From Phycisphaerae bacterium (GTDB lineage Bacteria; Planctomycetota; Phycisphaerae; SM23-33), in assembly GCA_039683615.1 (NCBI GenBank), contig JBDKRA010000045.1:133704-197703 (forward strand): a DNA stretch of 64,000 bases, in the 5' to 3' direction. The notes under the pieces are model-generated. The model saw nothing but the letters and a program-made list of their open reading frames with translations. It did no database searches and had not been told where the DNA came from. This document shows positions 35,717-45,707 of this stretch, one piece after another. Positions within the stretch are counted from its first letter, which is position 1; each line of letters starts with the position of its first letter. The position numbers were made by a program, and so were the translations under genes.

Positions 35717-37723
35717 CTAACCTGGATCGGGCAGCACGCGGCCGCGCAGCTTGACTGTCCCCTCCGCGGGCGATCCGCCGGTGTTGTTTTTCTCAAGCAG
35801 CAGCAAGTCGTCGACGGTGGGTTTATCCAGCGCGCGTCCATCGACGATCTGCTTGACCTCCTCGGCGGAGAGCGTTTCGTACTTGATCAGGGCCTTGGCG
35901 ATCTCATCGAGGCGATGGCTGTTTTCCTGGATGATCTTGCGGGTGGTCGCGCCGGCCTCGTCGATCAGCAGGCGCACTTCGGCGTCGACGGTTTCGGCGG
36001 TCTTCTCGGAATACTTCGATCCCGGCGGCAGCATGCCGTTGAACTGGTCGGGATCGTTGGCATAGTTGACGGCCCCGAGTCGCGGGCTCATGCCCCAGTC
36101 GAGCACCATCCTGCGCGCGAGCATGGTGGCCTGGGCGATATCGCTCTGGGCGCCGCTGGTGATGTCGCCGCAGAAGATTTCCTCGGCGACGCGCCCGCCG
36201 AAAAGCACGCACAATTGGGCCTTGCAGTACTTCAGGCTGAAGAGGTAGCGATCTTTCTCGGGCAGCGAGAAGGTGGCCCCGCCCATGTTGGCCCGGGGGA
36301 TGATCGAGACCTTGTGCAGCGGGTCGGCGTCGGGCGTCAGCAGTTGGGTCAGGGCGTGCCCGGCCTCGTGATAGGCGGTGACGCGTTTGTCCTTTTCGTC
36401 GATGACGCGGCTCTTTCGCGCTCGGCCCCATCGCACCTTGTCGCGGGCCTCTTCGAAGTCGGCCTGCTCGACATAGTCCTTGTTGGCCATGGTGGCGGCG
36501 ATGGCCGCCTCGTTGACCAGGGCCTCGAGGTCGGCGCCGCTGAACATCGGCGTGCCGCGGGCCATGCGCTGCAGGTCGACATCGTCGGCGCAGCGCACCT
36601 TGGCGGCGTAGATTTTCAGGATGGCCAACCGCCCGCCGACGTCCGGCAGCGGCACGATGATCTGGCGGTCGAAACGCCCCGGGCGCGTCAGGGCCGGGTC
36701 CAGCACGTCCATCCGGTTGGTCGCGGCGATCACGATGACCTGGTCGGAGGTGTCGAATCCGTCCATCTCCACCAGGATGGCGTTGAGGGTCTGCTCGCGT
36801 TCGTCGTGCCCGCCGCTGACGAACCCGTGGCCGCGGCGGCGTCCGACGGCGTCGATCTCGTCGAGGAAGATGATGCAGGGGGAGTTGTCCTTGGCCTGCT
36901 TGAACAGGTCGCGCACGCGGCTGGCGCCGACGCCAACGAACATCTCGACGAAGTCGCTGCCGGAGATGCTGAAGAAGGGCACGTTGGCCTCGCCGGCGAT
37001 GGCCTTGGCCAGCAGGGTCTTTCCGCATCCGGGCTCGCCCACCAGCAGCACGCCGCGCGGGATGCGGCCGCCGAGGCGGTGGAACTTCTTGGGGTTCTTG
37101 AGGAACTCGATGATCTCGCCGACTTCTTCCTTGGCCTCGTCGATTCCCGCGACGTTGTCGAAGGTCACGCTGGACTGCTCCTTGGTGGTGACCTTGTGGC
37201 GCGAGCGCCCGAAGTTGCCCAGGAAGCCCGCCCCGCCGCCGGCGGCGCCCATCCGCCGGAACACGAAGAACCAGATCAGGAAGAACAGCACCAGCATCAG
37301 CATCAGCGAGGGCAGCACGCCTTCCCACCAGCCGGTGAACTCGTATTCGTAGTCGATCGTACCGCCGCGGGCCTGGCCGGCCTTGAGGGCCTCCTGGAGA
37401 CGCTTGTCGAAATTATCCTCGGCAGCGAAGGCGTAATGCACCGTGAAGCGGGACGGTTCCGTCGCGGTGAGCCCTGGGGTGTTGGGTTTGAGCTCGCCCA
37501 GGATTTCCTTCTCGCGGACGATGATCTTGCCCGTGAGGTTTCCGTTGCGGGCGTACGTCCAGAAGGCGTCGGGCGTGATCGTCTTGGACCCGGGCATCCT
37601 GGCAAACGCCAGCAGCGCCAGCGCCAAGGCGATGGCCACTACCCAGCCCAACAGGGAACGGGTCAGGCGCGGCGGCATGGGGCCGCCCAGCCGTGGGGGT
37701 TTGTTCGGGGATTGATTATTCAT
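35717..37723 (-). CDS. ftsH: ATP-dependent zinc metalloprotease FtsH
   Basis: Walker [22 protein letters not shown] region, and the HEAGHAL zinc-binding motif. 668 aa. Confidence 0.9.
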   Translation of the reverse strand: MNNQSPNKPPRLGGPMPPRLTRSLLGWVVAIALALALLAFARMPGSKTITPDAFWTYARNGNLTGKIIVREKEILGELKPNTPGLTATEPSRFTVHYAFAAEDNFDKRLQEALKAGQARGGTIDYEYEFTGWWEGVLPSLMLMLVLFFLIWFFVFRRMGAAGGGAGFLGNFGRSRHKVTTKEQSSVTFDNVAGIDEAKEEVGEIIEFLKNPKKFHRLGGRIPRGVLLVGEPGCGKTLLAKAIAGEANVPFFSISGSDFVEMFVGVGASRVRDLFKQAKDNSPCIIFLDEIDAVGRRRGHGFVSGGHDEREQTLNAILVEMDGFDTSDQVIVIAATNRMDVLDPALTRPGRFDRQIIVPLPDVGGRLAILKIYAAKVRCADDVDLQRMARGTPMFSGADLEALVNEAAIAATMANKDYVEQADFEEARDKVRWGRARKSRVIDEKDKRVTAYHEAGHALTQLLTPDADPLHKVSIIPRANMGGATFSLPEKDRYLFSLKYCKAQLCVLFGGRVAEEIFCGDITSGAQSDIAQATMLARRMVLDWGMSPRLGAVNYANDPDQFNGMLPPGSKYSEKTAETVDAEVRLLIDEAGATTRKIIQENSHRLDEIAKALIKYETLSAEEVKQIVDGRALDKPTVDDLLLLEKNNTGGSPAEGTVKLRGRVLPDPG

Positions 37724-37739
37724 ATCAGTATTGTATCTC

Positions 37740-38258
37740 TCACCACGGCTCCGCCATGTGTTCTACGACCATGCGCGCGGCCTTGTTGAGGACAGTTTCG
37801 CTCCCCTGATAGAAATCTTCCGTGTATGGCGAGAGCGGGATGTAGGTTCCCGAGACGGACAGGGCGTTGTTCCTGGCCAGTTCCTTGCCGCTGCGCAGGT
37901 CGGTCCAGACGAAGGACATGGTGATGACCAATTCAATTTCCCGTGCGGCGCCGGTCTTGGAGTCGTAGCTGAGCACCTGCTGGCTGATGGCGTCGATGCG
38001 ACCGGTCAGTTGCGTATCGGCCCGCAGTTTGTTGACCACCTTATACGGCGTCTCCAGCTCGATCTGCTTGATGACGGCCTCGGTCATGCGGAACTCGACC
38101 TCGCGGCGGTAGACGTCCTTGCCGCGAGACCACACCGGCACGGCCACGGTCTTGATTCCCGGGCGGTACTGGTCTTCCATCGTATAGCCGGTGCCGGTGC
38201 ATCCGGCCGCGACCAGTGCGGCCAATGGTATCGCCAGGAGAAGGTAAGCGGTCTTCAT
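37740..38258 (-). CDS. lipoprotein, LptE-like (LPS-assembly lipoprotein family) candidate
   Basis: Lipobox LVAAGC. Size and composition are compatible with LptE/RlpB; weak assignment. Confidence 0.4.
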   Translation of the reverse strand: MKTAYLLLAIPLAALVAAGCTGTGYTMEDQYRPGIKTVAVPVWSRGKDVYRREVEFRMTEAVIKQIELETPYKVVNKLRADTQLTGRIDAISQQVLSYDSKTGAAREIELVITMSFVWTDLRSGKELARNNALSVSGTYIPLSPYTEDFYQGSETVLNKAARMVVEHMAEPW

Positions 38259-39445
38259 TTTGGTTTTCCGGTCGGGTTATCGCCAGACGCCTTGGGCAGC
38301 ATCCCCTCCTCCGACGGCGGAGGGGGCGGCACAAACCGCTTATGATAGCGTCCTTCGGTGGGAGTTACCACCACTGTTGCCGTAGAAGCATCGCTGGGCG
38401 CCGCAGGCACCACCCCGCCCAGCAGCCCCAACGACTGGCGGGCCTGGCCGGCCCAGTTCGTGTCGGGAAAGCGGGAGATGACCTGACCGTAATAGTACGC
38501 CGCCGCGTCCAGCCGGCTGGTGCGTTTGTAGAATTCGGCGCTGTCGTAAAGTTTCTGGGCTCGCAGCTCGGCGATCTGCCTGAGCGTATCGGCCACGCCT
38601 TCGCGCTTGGCGGCCTTGGGGTAACGCTCCGTGAAGGTCTTGTACCGCTGGTGGGCCTCGAGCAGGGGCGTTTCGTCGAACTCGATGCCGCCGTACTGCG
38701 AGTGCGTCGCGCGGGCCCCCTGGAGCATGGCGTACTCGACGTCCGGGTCGTTCTTGAACAGATCGATATAGCTGTCGTAGGCGTCGACGGCCTCGGTCCA
38801 CTCCCCGGCTCGGTAGTGATAGTCGCCGATGCGCATGACGGACTTGCGGGCCAGGTCGCTGCCGGGGGAGTGCTTGACGATCTTGGAGAGGATCTCTAGC
38901 CCGTCGTCCTTGGCCGGCAGCCAGAACATGCCGAAGGCCAGGCGCTTCTTGCCGGCCAGGAAAGCCTCGGCCACGGCGTACTCGCGGTCGAGTGCCCGCT
39001 GGAAGAATTTGCCGCCGGGGAACTTGGCGAGTTGCTTTTCGTACCACTCGAAGCCCTGAAAATAGTGCTCGCGCCCGACCTCGGCCTCGCCGGCCAGGAA
39101 CATCGCCTCTTCGCAGTCGTCGTCGAGGGGGTTGCTCTTGACGAACTTCTCGGCCTTGGAAAGGGCCGTGCCCCAGCTCTTCTTGGTCAGCAAGTCGCGA
39201 ATTTCGGTGATCCCAGCCGAGAGCGACCCCGCCGGCGCCGCGGCCTTGCGGACCCACTTGCCGCCCTTCCACTCAAACTCGCCCGTGCCCGGCGCAGCAC
39301 CGGTAGCCGCGCCCCCGCCGGCAGCAGGCTGGCTGGCCGGGCCATTGCCGGCCTCGTCTGCCCACGCGCAGCGTGCGCAGAGCAACAACGCGCCAAGCGT
39401 CGCGAGAGTCAGAATGTTTTTCGGAGTTGCCATAGGTTTGGCCAT
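38255..39445 (-). CDS. TPR-repeat outer-membrane-associated lipoprotein, BamD-like
   Basis: Signal/lipobox LLLCARCAWA. Multiple TPR-like helical repeats (YYYGQVISRFPDTNWAGQA etc.). Alternative start 39472. Confidence 0.45.
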   Translation of the reverse strand: MAKPMATPKNILTLATLGALLLCARCAWADEAGNGPASQPAAGGGAATGAAPGTGEFEWKGGKWVRKAAAPAGSLSAGITEIRDLLTKKSWGTALSKAEKFVKSNPLDDDCEEAMFLAGEAEVGREHYFQGFEWYEKQLAKFPGGKFFQRALDREYAVAEAFLAGKKRLAFGMFWLPAKDDGLEILSKIVKHSPGSDLARKSVMRIGDYHYRAGEWTEAVDAYDSYIDLFKNDPDVEYAMLQGARATHSQYGGIEFDETPLLEAHQRYKTFTERYPKAAKREGVADTLRQIAELRAQKLYDSAEFYKRTSRLDAAAYYYGQVISRFPDTNWAGQARQSLGLLGGVVPAAPSDASTATVVVTPTEGRYHKRFVPPPPPSEEGMLPKASGDNPTGKPK

Positions 39446-39490
39446 AAAAGCCCCCCACAGACAGGGGGTCAATTATACACGGCAGTGGGA

Positions 39491-39555
39491 GCAGTAGCCA
39501 GTAGCCAGTAGTCGAGGATTCCCTCCGGGTACCGGCTACTGGCTACCGGCTACTC
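39491..39555. repeat. GGCTAC heptad hairpin overlapping the recO stop codon
   Basis: gcagtagccagtagccagtag ... ctactggctaccggctactc. Confidence 0.7.
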
Positions 39556-40315
39556 TTCCCACCACATGCCTTGCCATTTTGGGCCAATGATTGATCTGCT
39601 GGGCGATGTGGTAGCACAGGAGGCGATTGACTTTTCGGGCTTGGGGTTCTTCCAGGGCAGGGCGTTTGGTGCTGCGGCTGGCGGTCAGGGCGGCGATGCC
39701 GGCCAGGGCGGGTGCGTCTACCGCAATGGCTTCCTTGGCCGTCATTCGGCAGCGGGTGCAGATGAGCCCGCCCATCGTGGAGCTGAAGAAGACTTCCTGC
39801 CGACCTTTGGGCGCTGGCGCTGCGGCGATCAGCGGGGTCTGGCAGCCCTGGCAGAGCCGCAGATCGCCCAGCAGGCCCAGGTGGCCGAGCAATCGCCATT
39901 GAAAGAACGCCAGCACGGCCTGCACCGGCGCGTCGGCCTGGCCGAGGCGCGCCAGGGCGTTGTGCAGAAGGTCGAAGACCTCCACGTGCACGTCTGCCTC
40001 GCTGACCGTGGCCGCGACGATCTCGATCATGTACAGCCCCGCGTTGAGCCGCCGCAGATCCTTGCGCAGGGCCGAATGCGAGTCGCTTTCGGTGTACTCG
40101 ATCAGCGTGGCGAGGCTTTCCCCGCGGCCGGTGGAGTAGATCAGTTCGCCCTCGCTGAACATGTCAACGAGCCCGCCGGACTTGCTCTTGGGCCGCTTGG
40201 TGCCCTTGCCCAGCGCCCGCACGGCCCCGCCCGAGCGCGTGAGGAAATGCAGGACCTGCGAGGTCTCGCTGTAGTCGTAAGCACGCAGGCAGATTGCCAA
40301 CTCGCGGTGGCGCAT
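39536..40315 (-). CDS. recO: DNA repair protein RecO
   Basis: N-terminal OB fold (AICLRAYDYSETSQVLHFLT), zinc-binding CQGC...CTRC. ATG at 40315. Confidence 0.7.
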   Translation of the reverse strand: MRHRELAICLRAYDYSETSQVLHFLTRSGGAVRALGKGTKRPKSKSGGLVDMFSEGELIYSTGRGESLATLIEYTESDSHSALRKDLRRLNAGLYMIEIVAATVSEADVHVEVFDLLHNALARLGQADAPVQAVLAFFQWRLLGHLGLLGDLRLCQGCQTPLIAAAPAPKGRQEVFFSSTMGGLICTRCRMTAKEAIAVDAPALAGIAALTASRSTKRPALEEPQARKVNRLLCYHIAQQINHWPKMARHVVGRVAGSQ

Positions 40316-40346
40316 GCCGAGGATAGTAACCGCTAGCCCGCAAGAA

Positions 40347-40415
40347 CAGTAGCCCGTAGCCGGCAAAAGCATCAGGTTCCGCCTGTTGTCACGGGCTACC
40401 GGCTACCGGCTACTG
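40347..40415. repeat. GGCTAC heptad hairpin between recO start and the histidine-kinase stop codon
   Basis: cagtagcccgtagccgg ... cgggctaccggctaccggctactg. Confidence 0.7.
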
Positions 40416-41229
40416 CTGCTGCTCGCGAGTGCATCGCGCGCACGGGGATGGCCGGTAGAAGCATGCTCATGGCGCAGCCCTTTCCGGGGCGGCTCTCGAC
40501 GGTGATAAAGCCCCCGCTCTGGCGAACGAATCTGCAGACCATCGTCAACCCAAGGCCCGTTCCCTGGCCGGGCGGCTTGGTCGTGAAGAATGGCTGAAAG
40601 AGCTGCCCCAGCGTCTGCTTGTCCATTCCGACGCCGTCGTCCTTGACCGTCAGCATGACGAACCGTCCCGGCTGGGCCGGGGCGTGCCGCTGCGCTTCCT
40701 GGCGGTCCACCAGCACGTGCTGCACGGTGATTCCAACGTTGCCCGACGACGCCACCGCGTCGCGCGCATTCATCAGCAGATTGAGGATCGCCTGCTGGAG
40801 CTGCGCCGGATCGGTCTTGACCCACGCCGGGGCCGGCGAAAGCCGCAGCGACAACGACACGTACTTGCCCAGCATCCGGTCCAGCGCGTCGGCCATCTCC
40901 GTCAGAGACTCCCCCACGTTCACCAGCGCCACTTGGGCAATCTCGCGGCGGCTGGCCTTGAGCAGGCGCTGGCACAGATCGTTCGCGCGGTCGGCGGCCT
41001 GGAGCACCTGCTCGATCAGGCGCCGGTCTTCCTTGTCGCGCCCGCGGCGGCGCATGAGCATCTGCCCGTAGCCGCTGACCAGCGAGAGCTGGTTTCGAAA
41101 ATCATGGGCGACATTGCCCACCAGCAGGCCCATGGCCTCGATCTTCTGCATCTGGAGGAATTGCCGCTGCAGGGTCGCGTCATTGGCCTTGGCGGCGCTG
41201 CTCGGCAGTTGCTGCGATTCGTCCAGCAT
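40396..41229 (-). CDS. soluble sensor histidine kinase (HisKA plus HATPase_c, no sensor domain)
   Basis: H-box VAHDFRNQLSLVSGY, N-box LLMNARDAV, G-boxes DDGVGMD and GTGLGLTMV. Confidence 0.7.
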   Translation of the reverse strand: MLDESQQLPSSAAKANDATLQRQFLQMQKIEAMGLLVGNVAHDFRNQLSLVSGYGQMLMRRRGRDKEDRRLIEQVLQAADRANDLCQRLLKASRREIAQVALVNVGESLTEMADALDRMLGKYVSLSLRLSPAPAWVKTDPAQLQQAILNLLMNARDAVASSGNVGITVQHVLVDRQEAQRHAPAQPGRFVMLTVKDDGVGMDKQTLGQLFQPFFTTKPPGQGTGLGLTMVCRFVRQSGGFITVESRPGKGCAMSMLLPAIPVRAMHSRAAAVAGSR

Positions 41230-41265
41230 GGTGATGGTCTCCGGTAAGGGGCGCCGCCGGGGTTC

Positions 41266-41688
41266 TCAAGCCGCCGGTCGCCGCCCTAACGCGCGCACGG
41301 CCAGGTCCAGCAGCGCCTCCAGGGAAAACGGCTTGTATAGCACCGCGAGCTCCTCGGCGGCCAGGCGCTGGCGGGTTTGGGGGTCGTAGCGCCGGCCTGT
41401 CAGGACGATCGTATGATCGAGCGCCTCGGGGGCGTCTTGTCGCATGAAGTCGAGAATCTCCCATCCATCGGGATGAGGCATGCCCAGGTCCAGGATGAGC
41501 AGATCGTAGGGCTGGGCGGAAAGTAGCTGGATGGCCTGGTAGCCGTCAGTGACGGCCTCGACCTGCGCCCCGGACTGGCTGAGAATCTCGGAGATCAGCG
41601 AGGTGACTTCCGGCCAATCGTCAACGACCAGGACTCGTTTGCCTCGCAGGCGGGAGGGGACGGAGGATGGACTCTTTTGCCGGTACAT
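41266..41688 (-). CDS. single-domain response regulator (CheY-like receiver)
   Basis: VLVVDDWPEV...LLILDLGMP...LTGRRY...LYKPF carries the conserved Asp and Lys positions of the REC domain. Confidence 0.7.
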   Translation of the reverse strand: MYRQKSPSSVPSRLRGKRVLVVDDWPEVTSLISEILSQSGAQVEAVTDGYQAIQLLSAQPYDLLILDLGMPHPDGWEILDFMRQDAPEALDHTIVLTGRRYDPQTRQRLAAEELAVLYKPFSLEALLDLAVRALGRRPAA

Positions 41689-42060
41689 AATTGGCCCTCG
41701 GAAAATTACGGGCGCTGACCGGTGCGAACGTCCATGTCGTAGCCACGGGGGTCAACTGGGTCGGAAAGGTCATCTGCTCCGGCCGCAGAGTCCCGGCGAA
41801 CCGTCCATGTGTAAGAAGCACGCCACAAGGTATTCGGACTTGTCCTTCTCACGCATTAAGGTATTTCACTCAATAGAGAGATTTTTTTGCAGGGCACCGC
41901 ACCCGTGCACCGCCGCACGATGGCCGGTCGGGCGCCATGGCGGCCGTTGTCCCGCCGCCACGTCCCCGACTGTCCCTGGCCAACTCGGCGACTGCGTGCC
42001 GTTCCCTGTCGCCTTGACCCCCGCTCCCCCCGCCGATAGACTTCGGTCATGCCCCTTCGC

Positions 42061-42133
<73 letters not shown>

Positions 42134-42193
42134 ATGATTTGCGAACGCCGGCCTCTGCATTAGCAAGCCCTGTCGTGGGTGAGGAAGATATCG

Positions 42194-44287
42194 ATGGAAC
42201 TGGACGATGCTATTGGGATCCTGCTTAAGATCGCAGAGTCCGCCTACAAATCCGAGGCGATAGACAAGTTCTGCGGGCGGATTCTGCCTGACATCGTCAA
42301 GATGGCTGAAGCATCTGGCGCGTTCTTCTATGTTGCTGCCGGCCCTCGTACGGCGGGGCCTTACTTCTTCGTGCACGGTTTGGATGGTGCCGCAGGTTCC
42401 CATTTGGAGGAGTTCTGCCGCGATGAGTGCCAAAAGGCGGGCGATCGCGCCGAGCCGCACTGTGCAGTTCTGCCGCTGTCATCATCGAATGTTTCTGGTC
42501 CCAGCGGCGATGATTGCAGGTTCAGTGCTGTGATCCTCCCGATGGTGTCTTGCGGCCGCTGCCTGGGCATTCTAGGTTATGCGCATCCAGGAGAGAGCGC
42601 TGCCGGTATTCCTTCATGGGCAGGCGATCTGGCGCGTCTTGTTGGCAGTGCAACCGAGTTCCAGTTGGCGCAATACGACCGGGATCGCGAAATCCGCTAT
42701 CTCAATGCTTATCTGAACGTCAGTTCGCTGCTTGCTCAATCGATGGGATTGAGCGAATTGGTCGAGAAGGCGTTGTACTCCTGCATGGAGGTGGTCTCAG
42801 CTGAGGCTGCTTCCGTGATGCTTCTGGACCACGACCACAGCAATTTCAGTTTCTATGTAACTGAGGGGCCGGCGAAGGGACTCCTGACGCAGATGGGATT
42901 GCCGGCCGACAAGGGGGTGGCGGGCCACGTCTTGCGCACGCAGCAGTCCGAAATTGTAAACGACGTGACCACCGACCCGCGATTCTACGGCAAGATCGAC
43001 TCGGAGTCGGGCTTCCATACCCGCAACTTGATAGCCATTCCGTTGACTGCCGGTGAAGAACGAGTTGGGGTTCTCGAAGTCTTGAACAAGGCCAACGGGG
43101 ATAGGTTCACGGAGCAGGAATGCGCCCTGCTTGTTTCCATCGCGGAAGAAATCGCCTTTGCCATCCGCAATGCCCGTGTCTTCGAGTATGTCGTCGACAC
43201 CTACTGTAAACAGCGGCAGGGACAGAAGACATGCCGAGGGTGCCGCCGGCCGTTGCGCTCCTGGACTCCGTGCGTGCGGTATCGGGAAGCGGAGCTTTCA
43301 ACGATTCCAACGGCGCACGGCGACAGCGAATTGGACCGGGAAAAGGCGATGCGGTTCGAACGTCCCCAGAATATTCCAATCGTCATGGGGCTGGCCCCGG
43401 CGCTCTGGAGCCGCCATCGCGAAAAGCTCGAAGACCTGGTTATGCGCCACCCCGTTATCTTTGGTCCTCACAAGCGCGGCAGCAGGGACTTTGATGCCGT
43501 TGAGCCCTTGACGGGGCCCGATGGCAAGGCTGGCGAATACGTTGATGTCTGGGGTTGCGTCTGGAGCCGGGCGCCGGGCGGGGAGGCCGCATACGTAAGC
43601 AAGCATCCGTTTCCCGATCGCGAGATGGTGCAGAACCTGAAGCCCCCGCAGCCCGGGGATGGATTGCCGCACGGTTGCATGTTCCTGCGCCTGACGTATC
43701 TGCGCGGCTATGAGGAGGCAATGATAGACTTCTTCGAGGAGCCGCCGGAACTGAATCGGCTTATCGACACCGTTCTCGAATACAACCTCTCAGAATTGCG
43801 GGAGATTCTGCGCGACAAGCCCAAAATCGTGGAGATAGCGGACGATCTCGGTACGCAGCGGGCTCTCCCTATCTCGCCGCAGACGTGGCGGAAGCATCTC
43901 AAGCCCTGCTATGCCAAGCTGTTTGGCGCCTGCCGCGAGGCGGGTGCGGCTGTTTTGATGCAAACTGACGGCCACATAGTTCCGATTATCCGCGACCTGG
44001 CGGAATGCGGGGCTGACGTCCTCAGCGTCCAGATCGGTCCCAATGGCCTCGACCAGCTGGCTGAAGAATGCCGGGGCCGGCTGTGCTTGAGTCCGAGCAT
44101 TGACGGACAGTTCCTCGCCTCCGCTCAACCGGCGCAGATCGATGAGTGCGTGGCCGAAATTGCACGGAAGATCGCTGTCCCGCAAGGCGGCCTGTGGTTC
44201 CGCGCCGAGTGCGACGGGGATGTTCCACTTGAGAACATCGAGGCGCTCTGCCAGGCTTTCGAGCGATACCGGACTTGCCCGCAGTAG
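42194..44287 (+). CDS. GAF-domain protein fused to a C-terminal uroporphyrinogen-decarboxylase (URO-D/MtaA)-like domain
   Basis: GAGGAAG 8 nt before the ATG at 42194. Two GAF-like regions (GVAGHVLRTQQSEIVNDVTTDPRFYGKIDSESGFHTRNLIAIPL...VGVLEVLNK). A CxxC...CxxC knuckle (YCKQRQGQKTCRGCRRPLRSWTPC). C-terminal about 300 aa carry URO-D-family features (ADDLGTQRALPISPQTWRKHLKPCYAKLF, GHIVPIIRDLAECGADVLSVQ). Confidence 0.5.
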   Translation: MELDDAIGILLKIAESAYKSEAIDKFCGRILPDIVKMAEASGAFFYVAAGPRTAGPYFFVHGLDGAAGSHLEEFCRDECQKAGDRAEPHCAVLPLSSSNVSGPSGDDCRFSAVILPMVSCGRCLGILGYAHPGESAAGIPSWAGDLARLVGSATEFQLAQYDRDREIRYLNAYLNVSSLLAQSMGLSELVEKALYSCMEVVSAEAASVMLLDHDHSNFSFYVTEGPAKGLLTQMGLPADKGVAGHVLRTQQSEIVNDVTTDPRFYGKIDSESGFHTRNLIAIPLTAGEERVGVLEVLNKANGDRFTEQECALLVSIAEEIAFAIRNARVFEYVVDTYCKQRQGQKTCRGCRRPLRSWTPCVRYREAELSTIPTAHGDSELDREKAMRFERPQNIPIVMGLAPALWSRHREKLEDLVMRHPVIFGPHKRGSRDFDAVEPLTGPDGKAGEYVDVWGCVWSRAPGGEAAYVSKHPFPDREMVQNLKPPQPGDGLPHGCMFLRLTYLRGYEEAMIDFFEEPPELNRLIDTVLEYNLSELREILRDKPKIVEIADDLGTQRALPISPQTWRKHLKPCYAKLFGACREAGAAVLMQTDGHIVPIIRDLAECGADVLSVQIGPNGLDQLAEECRGRLCLSPSIDGQFLASAQPAQIDECVAEIARKIAVPQGGLWFRAECDGDVPLENIEALCQAFERYRTCPQ

Positions 44288-44458
44288 TCGCTCGCGTGGG
44301 AGAGTGATGTCCCAAGCTATTGTTGAGCGATACCTCAAGACAGGTTCAGCGCGCCTCTGCCAAACGCCATTTCCGGTAGAGACCGTTCAGTAGCCAGCAG
44401 CACAAGCCCCAGTCTTCGTTCGCCGCCTGTGGCGAGCGAAGACTGTCATGGCGAAGCG

Positions 44459-45553
44459 TCATAAGGAATACGGAATCGATTTTTGAAGCGACTCCAGCAG
44501 CTGCCGGCCCTCTTCCAGGGACGGCGCCGACGTGGACATGATGATGTTCCGTTTCCGGGGCCACTCGCCCCGGAGCAGGCGGGCGACCTGGGGGCTGCTG
44601 CCGTCGAACGAAGCCACCAGGACCACGCGCGCCGGCGTGCGGTCGCAGAGCTCGAAGAAATCGTGCCGCCCGACGTCGATGTCCAGCCCCGTCAGCGCGG
44701 GAATCTTCAGAAAGTCATCGATGACCGCGCCGGTGATCCCGCAATAGTGCATGCGGCCGCCGCCGATGGTCTGGAGGAATCGCACGTCGCGCGGCAGGAC
44801 GTGGCGGCGGTACAGCTCCGGCGAGATCAACTGCATCGTACAGTTGCTGATACGCGCGGCGCCTTTCCACATCGAGCCCCAGTCGAAGAACCACTGCCGG
44901 TCGTCGCTGATGGCGGCCTTGACGTGCCGCGTGACGGCCAGCATGAAATCGGTCACCTTGTCCAGTAGCAGGTCGAGTTCGGCTGGGTGGTCGAAGAAGT
45001 CCGTCAGGATGTCGTTGCCGCGGATCAGATGGGCCGAGTTGAACGCGCTCTGGATGTCGGGGTGCTGAATGTGCACGCCCGGCGGGAGATTGGCTTTCCA
45101 GACGTCCGTCCACTGCGCCAGCTTGCCATACCATCCGGCGTCGAGAGGTGGAATCTCCAGACCGTACACATCCTCCGCGCGGGCCAGCACACTGCTGCCG
45201 GCCGCAGGCGGACTGTCTTCGTTGATGTGCATTCGACAGCCGAAGGCGGCCGCCACCTGGGCGGTTCCGAACTGCACGCGCACGGTAGGCACGCGGTCGT
45301 CGCCGACGTTCAGGTGCGGGCGGATCGCGTCCAGCTCCGATTGCAGCATGATCAGCGGATCGGCCAGGCGCTGCTGCCACGAGGGCGTGGGCGGCAGCGG
45401 CGTGTTGACGATGATCATCGGCCGGCAGCCGTCCGGGTCTTCGTACAGCCGCCGATACCGCGCATACATGTCCTCAAACCGCCGCAGTTGGGCGCCGTCG
45501 ATCGCGAGATAGTCCGTCAGAGTCATCCGGTTCTTCCTGTCATCCGCGCCCAT
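44459..45553 (-). CDS. uroporphyrinogen-decarboxylase (URO-D)-family protein, function unknown
   Basis: 364 aa. HYCGITGAVIDDFLKIPALTGLDIDV and overall length resemble URO-D/MtaA-like enzymes. Convergent with the GAF-URO-D gene. Confidence 0.45.
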   Translation of the reverse strand: MGADDRKNRMTLTDYLAIDGAQLRRFEDMYARYRRLYEDPDGCRPMIIVNTPLPPTPSWQQRLADPLIMLQSELDAIRPHLNVGDDRVPTVRVQFGTAQVAAAFGCRMHINEDSPPAAGSSVLARAEDVYGLEIPPLDAGWYGKLAQWTDVWKANLPPGVHIQHPDIQSAFNSAHLIRGNDILTDFFDHPAELDLLLDKVTDFMLAVTRHVKAAISDDRQWFFDWGSMWKGAARISNCTMQLISPELYRRHVLPRDVRFLQTIGGGRMHYCGITGAVIDDFLKIPALTGLDIDVGRHDFFELCDRTPARVVLVASFDGSSPQVARLLRGEWPRKRNIIMSTSAPSLEEGRQLLESLQKSIPYSL

Positions 45554-45707
45554 GGTAATACGCGGCGGCAGAAAGGAAAAGCCCGGGCCGCCCCGAGAGC
45601 CAGCGGGCGGCGGTCCCCGATACCGCCACGATCACTCGCTGTCAGACGGGTCAAAAATCCCCAATCGCGCGGGGCGGTCTGCTATACTGGCGGCCGTTCT
45701 CTTATCC

